Assembly: GCA_039931435.1 (NCBI GenBank)
Contig: JBDTRY010000001.1
Span: forward strand, 11,084-75,083
Direction of reading: 5' to 3'
DNA from: Acidobacteriota bacterium
GTDB taxonomy: Bacteria; Acidobacteriota; Thermoanaerobaculia; Gp7-AA8
DNA length: 64,000 nucleotides
Shown: piece by piece, positions 49,841-59,263 of the stretch
Layout of the letters: every line of letters begins with the position of its first letter
How positions within the stretch are numbered: the first letter of the stretch is position 1
The notes under the pieces: model-generated
The model's input: only the letters and a program-made list of their open reading frames with translations
What the model was told of the DNA's origin: nothing
Databases searched by the model: none
Made by a program: the position numbers and the translations under genes

Positions 49841-51546
49841 AACAAATCCTCGTGACGGCCCGAGCGCAACCTCGTCCCCGATTCCAGAGCCCGCCCGGCC
49901 TGTGAGAGGAAAACCTCGAGGGCTCCCAGCTCACGCATTGGACTCCTGTGTACACCATTGTCTCCATAAAAGACTCCGGCCACACCCTCTCCCGTTCCTA
50001 TGGGAAAAACGGCCACGTCGGTCGGTTGCGCGCTCCCAAGTTGCGAAATGAGCGTGACATTGGCCTCCGTCCGGTGAAGCTTCCCACGGTGTGAGCGGCC
50101 CGAAGCTAGCACTTCGCTGAGGACGGAAGGATCGGATCGGGCAATCCTGAGCTTTCGTACCCGTTCGTTGACTTCATCGCCATCGCCTGAGGGTCCGAAG
50201 CCGGCCGCCCCGACAAAGAACTGCCCCTCGGGCAGAAACACCGCGCCGCGATCGAGGAACTCGCTGGCCACCCGCAGAAGGATCTGCGCCACCGACTGCA
50301 CGTCCTGATCGGCCGTCAACTCCGTGATCAGACTCTCGAGGAGCGAGCAGCGCCGCTCCATGAGGTCGTGCCGGGCATCCTCGAAGAATCTCTGTCCGGC
50401 ATCCTCCACTCCGGCCGTCAGCAGGTAGTTCGCCCAGTCCGACATCGCCGTGGCAACGAAACCCGACAAACGCTGCAGAAGTGCGGAGGGATCGGCCCAT
50501 GCTGACTCGGATTCAGGGACGACCAGATCCAGGTGCGGGTCGAACATGGGAATGGCCGCGGCCACTTCAAAGTCTCCGAAGAGAATGCCAATGGGCAGAC
50601 GGTGATTCGCCTCCTTCACCAGTCGCAGAAGGCCGACCGAACGTCTGTCGTTCTGCACATCGGCCACGGTGACGAAGTAGCGGCGGTCGTCGATCAGTCT
50701 CTGGATCTCGGCCCGCGCCTCATCGATGGCCGAAAACTGCCGTACTTCGGTACCGCCGGCCGACAGCGTTCTGCGCAATGCCACGCGGATGCGTGCGTCG
50801 GGCTCGAAGACGACCACCGCCGCGCCTGCACCGGCGTTCTGCTGGCGCACGGTGAAGCGGGCCTCTCCAATCAGCGCTCCGGTACTGGGGTCGACGTAGG
50901 CATCGGCGGGCTTTGCCGGAGGCGCTTCGGCCGAACGGGATGCACTGAAAATCCGGTCGGCGAAGGAGTTCTCCTGATGAGCGGCGTCCGTGCGAGGGGA
51001 AGGCCCCCGCAGAAAATCGCTTCCGGCGCGCATCCGCTCTTCGAGCCCGGCCAGCGGTTTGACTTCGGGAGCGGCCAGAAAATGCTGGGGCGCAAAGCCG
51101 CCGGAGGGAAGCCGCTGCTCGTCGTATTCCAGTTCGTCCGCGCCACCCGACTCGGAGAGGACGAACCTGAATTCGCCTCGGGCCGAAGCCAGCAGAGGAG
51201 TGACTACCGACGAAATCCAGCTTTCGATCGCCTCCGCAGGGGCCAGCTCCGGATCCTCGTTCTGGCCGTGGGCACGGAGGAAGCTCCTCAGATCGGCACG
51301 ATCCGAAGCACCCGCGGCGACAATCAGCCCCCTGGAGATGGTGATTGCAGAGAGCCGCTCCCCGTCGCGAATCTCCAGGGTCCCGGAGCGGCGACTGAGG
51401 TGAACGATCTGAAGGATGTCCCCGAGAGAAAGATCCTCGAGCCGGCCGGCGAGGCTCATCCCAGTCTCCCGGAAGCCGCTCGCCACCACGCCACAAGATT
51501 CACCCGATCCCCCAACTCGACTCGGACTGAAAGGCAGCTGTCCCAT
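49837..51546 (-). CDS. DUF4388 (PATAN-like) domain protein with a long C-terminal region of unknown function, 569 aa.
   Basis: N-terminus LEDLSLGDILQIVHLSRRSGTLEIRDGERLSAITISRGLIV is typical of DUF4388. 4-bp overlap with the preceding cheY. Confidence 0.5.
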   Translation of the reverse strand: MGQLPFSPSRVGGSGESCGVVASGFRETGMSLAGRLEDLSLGDILQIVHLSRRSGTLEIRDGERLSAITISRGLIVAAGASDRADLRSFLRAHGQNEDPELAPAEAIESWISSVVTPLLASARGEFRFVLSESGGADELEYDEQRLPSGGFAPQHFLAAPEVKPLAGLEERMRAGSDFLRGPSPRTDAAHQENSFADRIFSASRSAEAPPAKPADAYVDPSTGALIGEARFTVRQQNAGAGAAVVVFEPDARIRVALRRTLSAGGTEVRQFSAIDEARAEIQRLIDDRRYFVTVADVQNDRRSVGLLRLVKEANHRLPIGILFGDFEVAAAIPMFDPHLDLVVPESESAWADPSALLQRLSGFVATAMSDWANYLLTAGVEDAGQRFFEDARHDLMERRCSLLESLITELTADQDVQSVAQILLRVASEFLDRGAVFLPEGQFFVGAAGFGPSGDGDEVNERVRKLRIARSDPSVLSEVLASGRSHRGKLHRTEANVTLISQLGSAQPTDVAVFPIGTGEGVAGVFYGDNGVHRSPMRELGALEVFLSQAGRALESGTRLRSGRHEDLL

Positions 51547-51610
51547 GCCTGTGAAGGGACCGATTGGAGCCGCTCGCCAGTGTCCGGGCGGCAGTCCTCC
51601 GTCATCGCTC

Positions 51611-52030
51611 TCAGTTGGTCTGCTGAAGATTGTACCGTTTCAGCACGCCATCGAGAATTCCGTTGATGAACTGAGACGATTTCTGGGTGCCGAACTTCTT
51701 GGCAATTTCGATGGCCTCATCGATGATCACAAGCTTCGGCGTGTCGGATTCGTGGAGGAATTCGTAGATGGACATGCGGATGATGTTGCGATCGACCACG
51801 GCCATGCGGGACAGGCGCCAGTTGTCGGCCTGAGCAACGATCATCTCGTCGATCCGCGTGGATTCGTGAATGGTCCCTTCGAACAGCTTCACGGCAAAGT
51901 CGCGAACCGAGGGCGTGACCTTGTGCAGGTCCTCGAAGGTCAGCACGATCGTGCCCGGCACGTTTCCCGACATGTCGTACTGAAAGAGCATCTGAAGAGC
52001 AAGCTCACGTGCTTTGCGTCGCGCACCCAT
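51611..52030 (-). CDS. nusB: Transcription antitermination factor NusB.
   Basis: ARELALQMLFQ..., ...PKLVIIDEAIEIAKKFG..., FINGILD motifs. Downstream of ribH as in many bacteria. Confidence 0.9.
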   Translation of the reverse strand: MGARRKARELALQMLFQYDMSGNVPGTIVLTFEDLHKVTPSVRDFAVKLFEGTIHESTRIDEMIVAQADNWRLSRMAVVDRNIIRMSIYEFLHESDTPKLVIIDEAIEIAKKFGTQKSSQFINGILDGVLKRYNLQQTN

Positions 52031-52052
52031 GAAAAGAACAGTTCCTTCCGGC

Positions 52053-52520
52053 TCAGCCGATTACTTTGTGAAGATTAGCCATCTCGATAGCTGCCAATGC
52101 TGCTTCCCAACCCTTGTTTCCACTCGCAGGTCCCGATCGCGCCCGAGCCTGGTCGACGGTGTTGCAGGTAATCACCCCGAAAGCGACCGGCACTCCGGAA
52201 TCCACCGACACCCGCGAGATCTCCATGGTCACCTGGGAAGCGATGTGATCGAAATGCGGAGTGTCCCCCCGGATCAGTGCCCCGATTGCCACCACGGCAT
52301 CGTAGCGGTTCAAACGAATGAGCTTCGCAGCCATCCCCGGGACCTCGAAAGCGCCGGGAACCCTGAAAATCTCCAGGGAGTCGTCGCTGGCACCATGCTG
52401 GAGCAGACAATTCGTGGCCCCTGCGAGAAGGCCAGCCACGATCTCATCATTGAACCTGCTGGCAACGATTGCAAAGCGCAAGCCTTCCGCGTGGTGATCA
52501 CCCTCGAATTGTCTGACCAT
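52053..52520 (-). CDS. ribH: 6,7-dimethyl-8-ribityllumazine synthase.
   Basis: RFAIVASRFNDEIVAGLLAGA...FRVPGAFEVP...AVVAIGALIRGDTPHFD motifs. Confidence 0.9.
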   Translation of the reverse strand: MVRQFEGDHHAEGLRFAIVASRFNDEIVAGLLAGATNCLLQHGASDDSLEIFRVPGAFEVPGMAAKLIRLNRYDAVVAIGALIRGDTPHFDHIASQVTMEISRVSVDSGVPVAFGVITCNTVDQARARSGPASGNKGWEAALAAIEMANLHKVIG

Positions 52521-52635
52521 GGCAACGGAGCGGGATTATATGCGAGCGGAGAGGATCGCGCCCTGCAGCCCCTTCCATGAAAAAATGGATGGATGCGTGG
52601 CCGCCGGCAATTCAGGTCGGTTATCCCGCCAGCTT

Positions 52636-54456
52636 CTACCCGCCGGACTTGGCGGTCATCCGGAACTCGGGTGCGCTCTTCTTCTGCGCAAAATAGCGGA
52701 CGATCCCCTCCTCCAGCGCCTCCGCCACCGACTGCCGGTAGACCCTCGTTTTTGCCAGTGCCCGGTCCTGATCGTTACCGAAGTTGCAGATCTCCAGAAG
52801 CATGCGCGTGGGAATCATGTTGTAGCGGATCACAGCCGGCACCCACTCCCTGCCATCACGAACGACGTTATCGCGCAGAGCGTTGAAGGGATGCACCGGG
52901 AGACCGTTGTCGCGAAATGAGTCCAGCAATGTTTCGGCGAACTCCGTGGAGAGTCCTTCCGCAAGCAGAGCCTGCTCCTCGGTCTGTCTCACCGTCGGGT
53001 GCTCACGGACTTCGGACCGAGCCAGATACACCGAATCACTTTTCGAAAATGTGCCCTGTACGTACTGCTCCCCTGGAATGTAGGCCATGGCTCCGCGCAA
53101 CGATGCGTGCAGCGAATCGGCGTGGATGGAAATGAACACGACCTTTTCAGGCGATGTGCTCTTCCTGATGGCACGACTGAAAATGGAATTGGCCAGGTAC
53201 CAGCGCAGGTGAACTCCGACCACCGTATTCTCCAGGAGATAATTGGGCGACGTGAGGACGACGTGATCGTTCTGACGCGTCAGCAGATCCGAGTTCGGCA
53301 CTTTGTATCCGAGCGAGGGTGAGCGAGTGGTGATGAACACCTTCGCCCTGGTCTTCTTCTCCAGAAGTGCCTTGAGCCTGCAGGCCACGTCGTAGACGTA
53401 GTCGGACTCCCACACATCCTCATGTGAGGTTCCGATGTCCCGCCCTCCGTGACCCGGATCCAGAATCACGTAGACACCGCTCAGGTCCTTCGCTTCGACG
53501 CGTTTGGCAAGCCGGGCGCTCTCGCGCCGGGACTGCTCGTCAGCAAGGCGCTTCGGATCGCCAGCCGGACGATATTCGGGAAGTAACAGTTCCATGGGAA
53601 TCTTCACCGGAAAGCCGGCCGGAATGCGGGAGACGTCGGCGATTCCGTTGAAGCGGACTACCTGGTCCACAACGTCATTCACGTCCTTCGCGTAGACCCG
53701 GCCACTGAACCGGATGGCCACCGACGAGTACAGAGCCTCGCCCCGCTTGAGTTTGTAGACGGCGAATGGATGTCCTGCCACACTCCCGTAGTCGAGCGTC
53801 ACAGGCTCCCCTTCCGAAGGGGGAAGCACGGCCGCAGCGATAACATCCTGTCTGCCGGAACGTGATTCTGTGGGATCGTCCTCAGCCTCCGCCACTCTCG
53901 ATGTCGCAGGAGCTTCATCCACGAACTCCGGCGAGAGCAATTTTCGAGGAATGCGAATGAGATCGCCCGGACGGGTGGAGAACCGCTGCATCGAATTTGC
54001 CGAGCGGATGGAGGCGTAGTTGGCTCCGTCGCCGGTGAACCATTCGGCGATTTTCCAGAGCGACTCACCCTCCAGCGACTTATCCCAGGTCACCCGATGG
54101 ATCATTCCATCCGCGAAAGATCGATCGGCCGGAAAGAGCGCAGCGAGGATGGCTCGTCGCATCTCGGGTTTGACCAGGCCGAGCGGGATGCGCACATCGC
54201 GGCCGGCGCTCAATCGATGGTTCATGCCGTTGAGGTCGGCGATCGCCTTCCAGTTCACCGCATTGCCGGTTGCCCGCAGTGCCAGCCGGGTCCAGGCATC
54301 GCCGGGCTCGGGAGTAACGACAAGAAAGATGGAGAGATCGGAATCGAGAACGACGTGCTGATTTTTTCCGAAGGGGGCCGACAGCTCACCTTCCGACGCC
54401 AGGACTGCGCCCGAACAGAGCATTGCGACTGTCAGCATCACCCACCACGTACGCAC
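52636..54456 (-). CDS. N-acetylmuramoyl-L-alanine amidase (Amidase_3, AmiC-like) with an N-terminal signal peptide and three LysM-like repeats.
   Basis: VYVILDPGHGGRDIG...VFITTRSP...ISIHADS amidase_3 motifs. Three LysM-like segments in the N-terminal half. Confidence 0.8.
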   Translation of the reverse strand: MRTWWVMLTVAMLCSGAVLASEGELSAPFGKNQHVVLDSDLSIFLVVTPEPGDAWTRLALRATGNAVNWKAIADLNGMNHRLSAGRDVRIPLGLVKPEMRRAILAALFPADRSFADGMIHRVTWDKSLEGESLWKIAEWFTGDGANYASIRSANSMQRFSTRPGDLIRIPRKLLSPEFVDEAPATSRVAEAEDDPTESRSGRQDVIAAAVLPPSEGEPVTLDYGSVAGHPFAVYKLKRGEALYSSVAIRFSGRVYAKDVNDVVDQVVRFNGIADVSRIPAGFPVKIPMELLLPEYRPAGDPKRLADEQSRRESARLAKRVEAKDLSGVYVILDPGHGGRDIGTSHEDVWESDYVYDVACRLKALLEKKTRAKVFITTRSPSLGYKVPNSDLLTRQNDHVVLTSPNYLLENTVVGVHLRWYLANSIFSRAIRKSTSPEKVVFISIHADSLHASLRGAMAYIPGEQYVQGTFSKSDSVYLARSEVREHPTVRQTEEQALLAEGLSTEFAETLLDSFRDNGLPVHPFNALRDNVVRDGREWVPAVIRYNMIPTRMLLEICNFGNDQDRALAKTRVYRQSVAEALEEGIVRYFAQKKSAPEFRMTAKSGG

Positions 54457-54543
54457 GAACCACCCTCCACCCCGCTGACGGGAGAAAACTCATGATAGCA
54501 GGCCGCCCCTCGCCGAGCGCGGGAGGCCAATCTTCCCCGGCAC

Positions 54544-55992
54544 TTATCTGAATTCCGGAGGGACGACTTGCGCGAACCCGGTACGGGTCTGATATCGATT
54601 GGCGACACCAAGCAGACGGCCCTCGGAAAAATGTGGACCCATGATCTGCAGCGACAATGGAAGACCATTGTCGGTGAAGCCCGAAGGAACGGCCACAGCA
54701 GGAATGCCGATCAGATTCGCCGGCGCTGTGAAAATGTCGGAAAGGTACATGGCCAGCGGATCGCTGGTCTTCTCGCCGATAAGGAACGCCGGTCCGGGAG
54801 TGGTGGGGGTGAGCAGACAATCCACCTGCGACAGAGCGCTGGCGAAGTCGGTACGCATGCGCTGGCGGACGCGCTGAGCCCGTCCGTAGTACGCGTCATA
54901 GTAGCCGGAGGACAACGCAAACGTGCCCAGCATGATCCGTCGCTTTACCTCGGGGCCGAATCCCTGACCTCGTGAGTTTCGATAGAGCTGCTGCAGGTCC
55001 GAGGAATCTGCACTGCGGAACCCGTATCGCACCCCGTCGAATCTGGACAGATTTGCGCTGGCTTCGGCGTTGGCCACGACGTAGTAGATGGCGATGGCCG
55101 AAGAGAGTATGGGCAGGCTGATCTCCTCTACGACCGCCCCCTCGCTGCGAAGGACCGTCAGGGCATCGTTGAAGTTGTCACGCACCTCCGTAGAGAGGGA
55201 CGCCAGGGCTTCGCGAACTACTCCGAATCGCAATCCGCTGATGTCGTTGTCGATCGCCGCAACGTAGTCCGGGACAGGTTCCCGGCTGGAGGTGGAGTCG
55301 GCCGGATCGTGGCCCGCTATTTCGCGGAGGATCCAGGCGCAGTCCGCGGCGGTTCGCGTGACGATCCCGATCTGATCGAGCGACGAGGCAAAGGCCACCA
55401 GTCCCGAGCGGCTGATCCGCCCGTAGGTCGGCTTGAGGCCTACGACACCACACAGCGCCGCCGGCTGCCGTACAGAGCCTCCAGTTTCCGAGCCGAGGGC
55501 GGCGGGGACAAGCCGTGCCGCTACCGCTGCAGCAGATCCTCCTGAGGAACCCCCTGCTACCCGCTGCAGGTCCCAGGGATTCCGCGTCACGCCGAATACC
55601 GAATGCTCCGTGGACGAGCCCATGGCGAATTCATCGAGGTTGGCTTTCCCGGCTACGAAAGCCCCGGCGCCTTTCAACTTCCCCACGACTGTGGAATCGA
55701 CGGGTGATTGAAACGCGCCCAGTATGCGCGAACCGCAGGTGGTGGGTTCGTCGCGCGTGACGATGTTGTCCTTGATTGCGAATGGAACTCCGGCCAGCGA
55801 TCCTGACGTCGTTGCCGAGGCCCTGGCGCGCGCCTTTCCCTCGTCAAAATGAATCAATGAATGAAGACGGCTCTCGTGTTCGCGAATTCGCCCGAGCCAG
55901 AGTTCTGCATAACGGGCCCGTTCGAGGCTGCCCGCGCCGATGGCCGCCGACACCTCAGAGAGACTCGACCCGAAGAAATCATCAGTGCTCAT
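54544..55992 (-). CDS. gatA: Glu-tRNA(Gln)/Asp-tRNA(Asn) amidotransferase subunit A.
   Basis: Amidase signature GGSSGGSAAAVAA...GSETGGSVRQPAALCGVVGLKPTYGRISR. Confidence 0.9.
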   Translation of the reverse strand: MSTDDFFGSSLSEVSAAIGAGSLERARYAELWLGRIREHESRLHSLIHFDEGKARARASATTSGSLAGVPFAIKDNIVTRDEPTTCGSRILGAFQSPVDSTVVGKLKGAGAFVAGKANLDEFAMGSSTEHSVFGVTRNPWDLQRVAGGSSGGSAAAVAARLVPAALGSETGGSVRQPAALCGVVGLKPTYGRISRSGLVAFASSLDQIGIVTRTAADCAWILREIAGHDPADSTSSREPVPDYVAAIDNDISGLRFGVVREALASLSTEVRDNFNDALTVLRSEGAVVEEISLPILSSAIAIYYVVANAEASANLSRFDGVRYGFRSADSSDLQQLYRNSRGQGFGPEVKRRIMLGTFALSSGYYDAYYGRAQRVRQRMRTDFASALSQVDCLLTPTTPGPAFLIGEKTSDPLAMYLSDIFTAPANLIGIPAVAVPSGFTDNGLPLSLQIMGPHFSEGRLLGVANRYQTRTGFAQVVPPEFR

Positions 55993-56282
55993 TCGCCACC
56001 GATGATGCGAGGGACGACGAAGAATCCGTTGGAGAACGATGGCGCATTTCCCGCGACCGCAGCCGTTGGCAGCGAGGGCGTCACTTCGTCTTCGCGGAGA
56101 ACTGGTAGCGAAAGCGCCATCTCCGGCTCCGGCTCCGGCGGTGCCAACTCGATCGCTTCCAGCTGGGCGATGTATTCGAGAATGGACGAGAGCTCGCCAG
56201 CCATCGAGGTGATCTCCGCGGGGCTCAACTCGATGTGAGCGAGCGCAGCGATTCGCGTTACTTCGTCGGAATCGATTTTCAT
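55989..56282 (-). CDS. gatC: Glu-tRNA(Gln) amidotransferase subunit C (97 aa from the ATG at 56282; the track ORF extends to 56357).
   Basis: MKIDSDEVTRIAALAHIELSPAEITSMAGELSSILEYIAQL matches the GatC N-terminus. 4-bp overlap with gatA. Confidence 0.8.
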   Translation of the reverse strand: MKIDSDEVTRIAALAHIELSPAEITSMAGELSSILEYIAQLEAIELAPPEPEPEMALSLPVLREDEVTPSLPTAAVAGNAPSFSNGFFVVPRIIGGE

Positions 56283-56514
56283 GAGCTTCAGTAACTCTCT
56301 TTCCCGTTCCCCGTCCGTCACCCGATCATCAGGACCGGGAACGTCGCAGGGCAGCATGACATGCGGCGGGCACTTTTCGAGAATGATGAACTCGAACTCC
56401 GACGTCCGCGGAGGGAAAGCAAAGGTGCCAGCCGCACCGCGTGGGGACCGGCGAGATGCGCGTCACCGTCGCCATTGACGATGACTCTTTACAGGCCTCT
56501 CGAGGGCAGAGGAG

Positions 56515-56739
56515 TCAGGCCAGATCTGCGAGCTTGTCGAGAATTTCCTGTTCGCTGGGGAATCGCCCTTCGTCATGTTTCGAGAAGATTGTCGTCCCGC
56601 CTGATTCGACCCTGAATACGCCGCCGCGGCCACGGGTCAGGGTAGCATCCACATCGAATTTCTTTTTGATCGCGGCCGCCAGACTGGAGGCTCTCGGGTA
56701 GTAGTTTCAAACGACGCAGTATTCGATCTGGACGTTCAC
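56515..56739 (-). CDS. SelW/Rdx-family selenoprotein (74 aa) with an in-frame UGA (Sec) codon at 56709..56707. Invisible to the ORF track.
   Basis: GTG at 56739 (GAGGAG 6 nt upstream; GTGA overlap with the PP2C stop) gives MNVQIEYCVV-U-NYYPRASSLAAAIKKKFDVDATLTRGRGGVFRVESGGTTIFSKHDEGRFPSEQEILDKLADLA*. The IEYCxxU...GGVF.V..G..IFSK...GRFP pattern is the SelW-like/Rdx signature with Sec in the CxxU redox motif. Confidence 0.65.
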
Positions 56740-57506
56740 GCGTTCTCCTCGATCATTCGCACCACCACTGCGGTGATGTTGTCATATCCGCCGTGTTCGT
56801 TCGCCGAATCGACAAGTTGACGGCAGGCCGTCTGGAGATCCTCAGCCCCGGATACGATCTCCAGAATCTCCCGTTCGGAAACCATGCCGGTCAATCCATC
56901 CGAACAGAGAATGTACAGATCGCCGGCCAGGCATTCTATCTCCCGCACTTCGGGGAGCACCTGAAGCGACCCGCCCAGGGCCCGGGTGATCACATTGCGT
57001 AAGGGATGATGCTGCGCTTCTTCCTCGGTGAGGATGCCAGCCTCGATCTGTTCGAAGACCCAGGAGTGATCGTTCGTGACCCGCGACAGTTTGCCATCCC
57101 GAATCAGATAGCCGCGCGAGTCACCGAGGTGAACAAACGAGGCAACTTTGCCGTTGACGCCTGTGGCCACGACGGTCGTTCCCATGCCTCGCAAGGCCGG
57201 GTCCTGACGCATGGCCTCGAGGACCTTCGTGTTGGCAAGCTGAAAGGCCGCCAGAAGCCGGTTCGTACAGCGGCTCAGGGTCTCATCGTAAGCGTGGGGC
57301 CAGGTGCCGTCGGCATCCTCGTCCGGCTGGACCATGAAGTCCGCAATGGAGTCCACGGCAATTTTCGAGGCGACCTCTCCTGCGGCATGACCTCCCATGC
57401 CGTCAGCGACGACGAAGCATTGCGCCTCCGGTTCGACCCGGAAGGAGTCCTCGTTGTGCTGGCGCTGTCTGCCAACGTCACTAAGTCCGAACGCCTCGAT
57501 CCGCAT
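56736..57506 (-). CDS. PP2C-family Ser/Thr protein phosphatase (256 aa).
   Basis: LSDVGRQRQHNEDSF...VVADGMGGHAAGEVAS...GDSRGYL...LCSDGL PP2C motifs. Confidence 0.88.
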   Translation of the reverse strand: MRIEAFGLSDVGRQRQHNEDSFRVEPEAQCFVVADGMGGHAAGEVASKIAVDSIADFMVQPDEDADGTWPHAYDETLSRCTNRLLAAFQLANTKVLEAMRQDPALRGMGTTVVATGVNGKVASFVHLGDSRGYLIRDGKLSRVTNDHSWVFEQIEAGILTEEEAQHHPLRNVITRALGGSLQVLPEVREIECLAGDLYILCSDGLTGMVSEREILEIVSGAEDLQTACRQLVDSANEHGGYDNITAVVVRMIEENA

Positions 57507-57511
57507 TCACC

Positions 57512-58159
57512 CTAACCCTTCTTGAAGAGATCCCGGAACCTGCCGGTAGATTCGCCTTTGCTCTGGCGCAGTTCCGCAAGAGCCTGTTTCACGTCGGTGC
57601 TGGTCTGATCCCATTTCAAGGCGTCTTCGAGATACCGCTCTGCCTTCGCTGTCAATCCTGCCCGCTTGCAGAGTAAACCTGCCGCTTTCAGATATACAGG
57701 ATTGTACGGCTCGAGTTGCACGGCACTCTCGATGGCCTGGACTGCCTGCCGCATCATGTCGGGGCTGCGCGTGGAAGCCATGGAAAGGTAGTGAAAGGCT
57801 TTGGGATCGCTGGGATTGTGTTTGACGGCCATATCGAAGTCTTCGCGTGCGGCAGCGAAGTGTCCTTCGTTATAGGCCTTCACACCTTTGGCCAGATAGG
57901 CCCTGGCGATCTGCAGAGGATCCGTCGAGGACTTGGCCGAGCCCGGCAGTTCCTTGTCGTGCTGCCGGCGCCGATCAGGATTGGTAAGAATGTTCACCGC
58001 CTCTGTCAGGGTCTGAAAGAGTTTTTCCACGTCACCCTTGTTGCGGCCTTTATAACGGTCGGGATGGTGCTCCCGGGCCAGTTCGCGAAAACGCTGACGA
58101 ATCTGCGCTTCGGAGGCGCCACGGTCCACGCCCAGAATTTCGTAGTAGTTGACTTTCAT
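57512..58159 (-). CDS. J-domain (DnaJ-like) protein with C-terminal TPR repeats (215 aa).
   Basis: YYEILGVDRGASEAQIRQRFRELAREHHPDR with HPD motif. TPR-like C-terminal half. Confidence 0.8.
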   Translation of the reverse strand: MKVNYYEILGVDRGASEAQIRQRFRELAREHHPDRYKGRNKGDVEKLFQTLTEAVNILTNPDRRRQHDKELPGSAKSSTDPLQIARAYLAKGVKAYNEGHFAAAREDFDMAVKHNPSDPKAFHYLSMASTRSPDMMRQAVQAIESAVQLEPYNPVYLKAAGLLCKRAGLTAKAERYLEDALKWDQTSTDVKQALAELRQSKGESTGRFRDLFKKG

Positions 58160-58168
58160 AGTCCCTAA

Positions 58169-59263
58169 TCAATGCCTGGCGCGTAGCTCTCCGACTCTTG
58201 CTGCAGTTTTCCTGATGGTATCCGACACGTTCCGATCTTTGGCCAGGAACCGCAGATCCTTCAAGGTTAGACGATTGACGAGTGGTAGAGCAACGCCTAT
58301 CGGCGTCTTTGAATTGCGAACGAGCGCCAGAACGATGGGATACTTTGAGGTCCAGGTGCGATTCGTGGCGATGACGCGGAGCACCTCATCATCGACGTTG
58401 CGCAGTTGTGCGAACCCCTCAATCTCCGAATCCGAGCACCTTCCGTTGCGTAGAACCGCGGAAGAGACCAGCTTGTTTCGATCGCGGACGAGGATGTTTC
58501 GCTCCGGCCTGCCACCCTTATATGCGCACTTGATCCGCTGGGCCACACTCATAGCCAGAATACGATTGAAGACCGGGAGATTGTCCGGAGCGACACCCTC
58601 CATGGGAATGGCGGCCGGCTCCTCTCCGTCGACAGACTCAGCGGTGGCTCTCTCAAGCAGATCGGCGATCTGCTGTTTGTCCTCGTCGCTGAGCTCGTCG
58701 AGCTCTTCCTCGACCTCCTGCCTGATGGCCTCGAGACGGGCCTTCTTTTCGAAAAACTCTTCCCGGACCTCCAGGGCCCGCCGGCGAATGTGGCTGGACA
58801 ACTGGGGGTTCCGGAGCAGGGCTTCGAGAATATCGGGATGACGGATGATCCGCTCTTCGTTGATGACGATCACTTCCTGAAGATACGGAGTTACTGTTCG
58901 TGCCAGCGAGGCCACCGTTTCATCGGCCGTGATTCGGTTGCGAAGGACTGCTTCGATGATCGCGGGATCGCTGGCAGCGAACGCCAGCCTGTCCAGTCCG
59001 ACGGATTCAGCCAATTCGCTTCTGGCATAAGCGAGCACGATTTTTGCCGGCAATTCGTTGAGCGTCTGCCGCGCTGTAGTGACAATCTCCTCGTCGTCAC
59101 CGCCGGCAAGGAAGGCCAGGACGGCCACGACGTCGTCCTGAGGGAGGGGGAGCAAACCCTTCGCTGCATAGATGACGAACTCTCGAGGGAGCGACCCCTC
59201 CACAACCCTCTGAACGATCGAAGATCCCGACAACTCCAAAACAGGAGGAGCGGTCCCGGGCAT
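58169..59263 (-). CDS. Hypothetical protein (364 aa), alpha-helical repeat-like.
   Basis: ORF in track; no family recognised. Confidence 0.45.
   Translation of the reverse strand: MPGTAPPVLELSGSSIVQRVVEGSLPREFVIYAAKGLLPLPQDDVVAVLAFLAGGDDEEIVTTARQTLNELPAKIVLAYARSELAESVGLDRLAFAASDPAIIEAVLRNRITADETVASLARTVTPYLQEVIVINEERIIRHPDILEALLRNPQLSSHIRRRALEVREEFFEKKARLEAIRQEVEEELDELSDEDKQQIADLLERATAESVDGEEPAAIPMEGVAPDNLPVFNRILAMSVAQRIKCAYKGGRPERNILVRDRNKLVSSAVLRNGRCSDSEIEGFAQLRNVDDEVLRVIATNRTWTSKYPIVLALVRNSKTPIGVALPLVNRLTLKDLRFLAKDRNVSDTIRKTAARVGELRARH

Noticed and set aside
56441-56701. 86-aa plus-strand ORF in the track
   Set aside because: It is antisense to the SelW-like gene, has no RBS and no homology. 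The minus strand explains the region once UGA is read as Sec.
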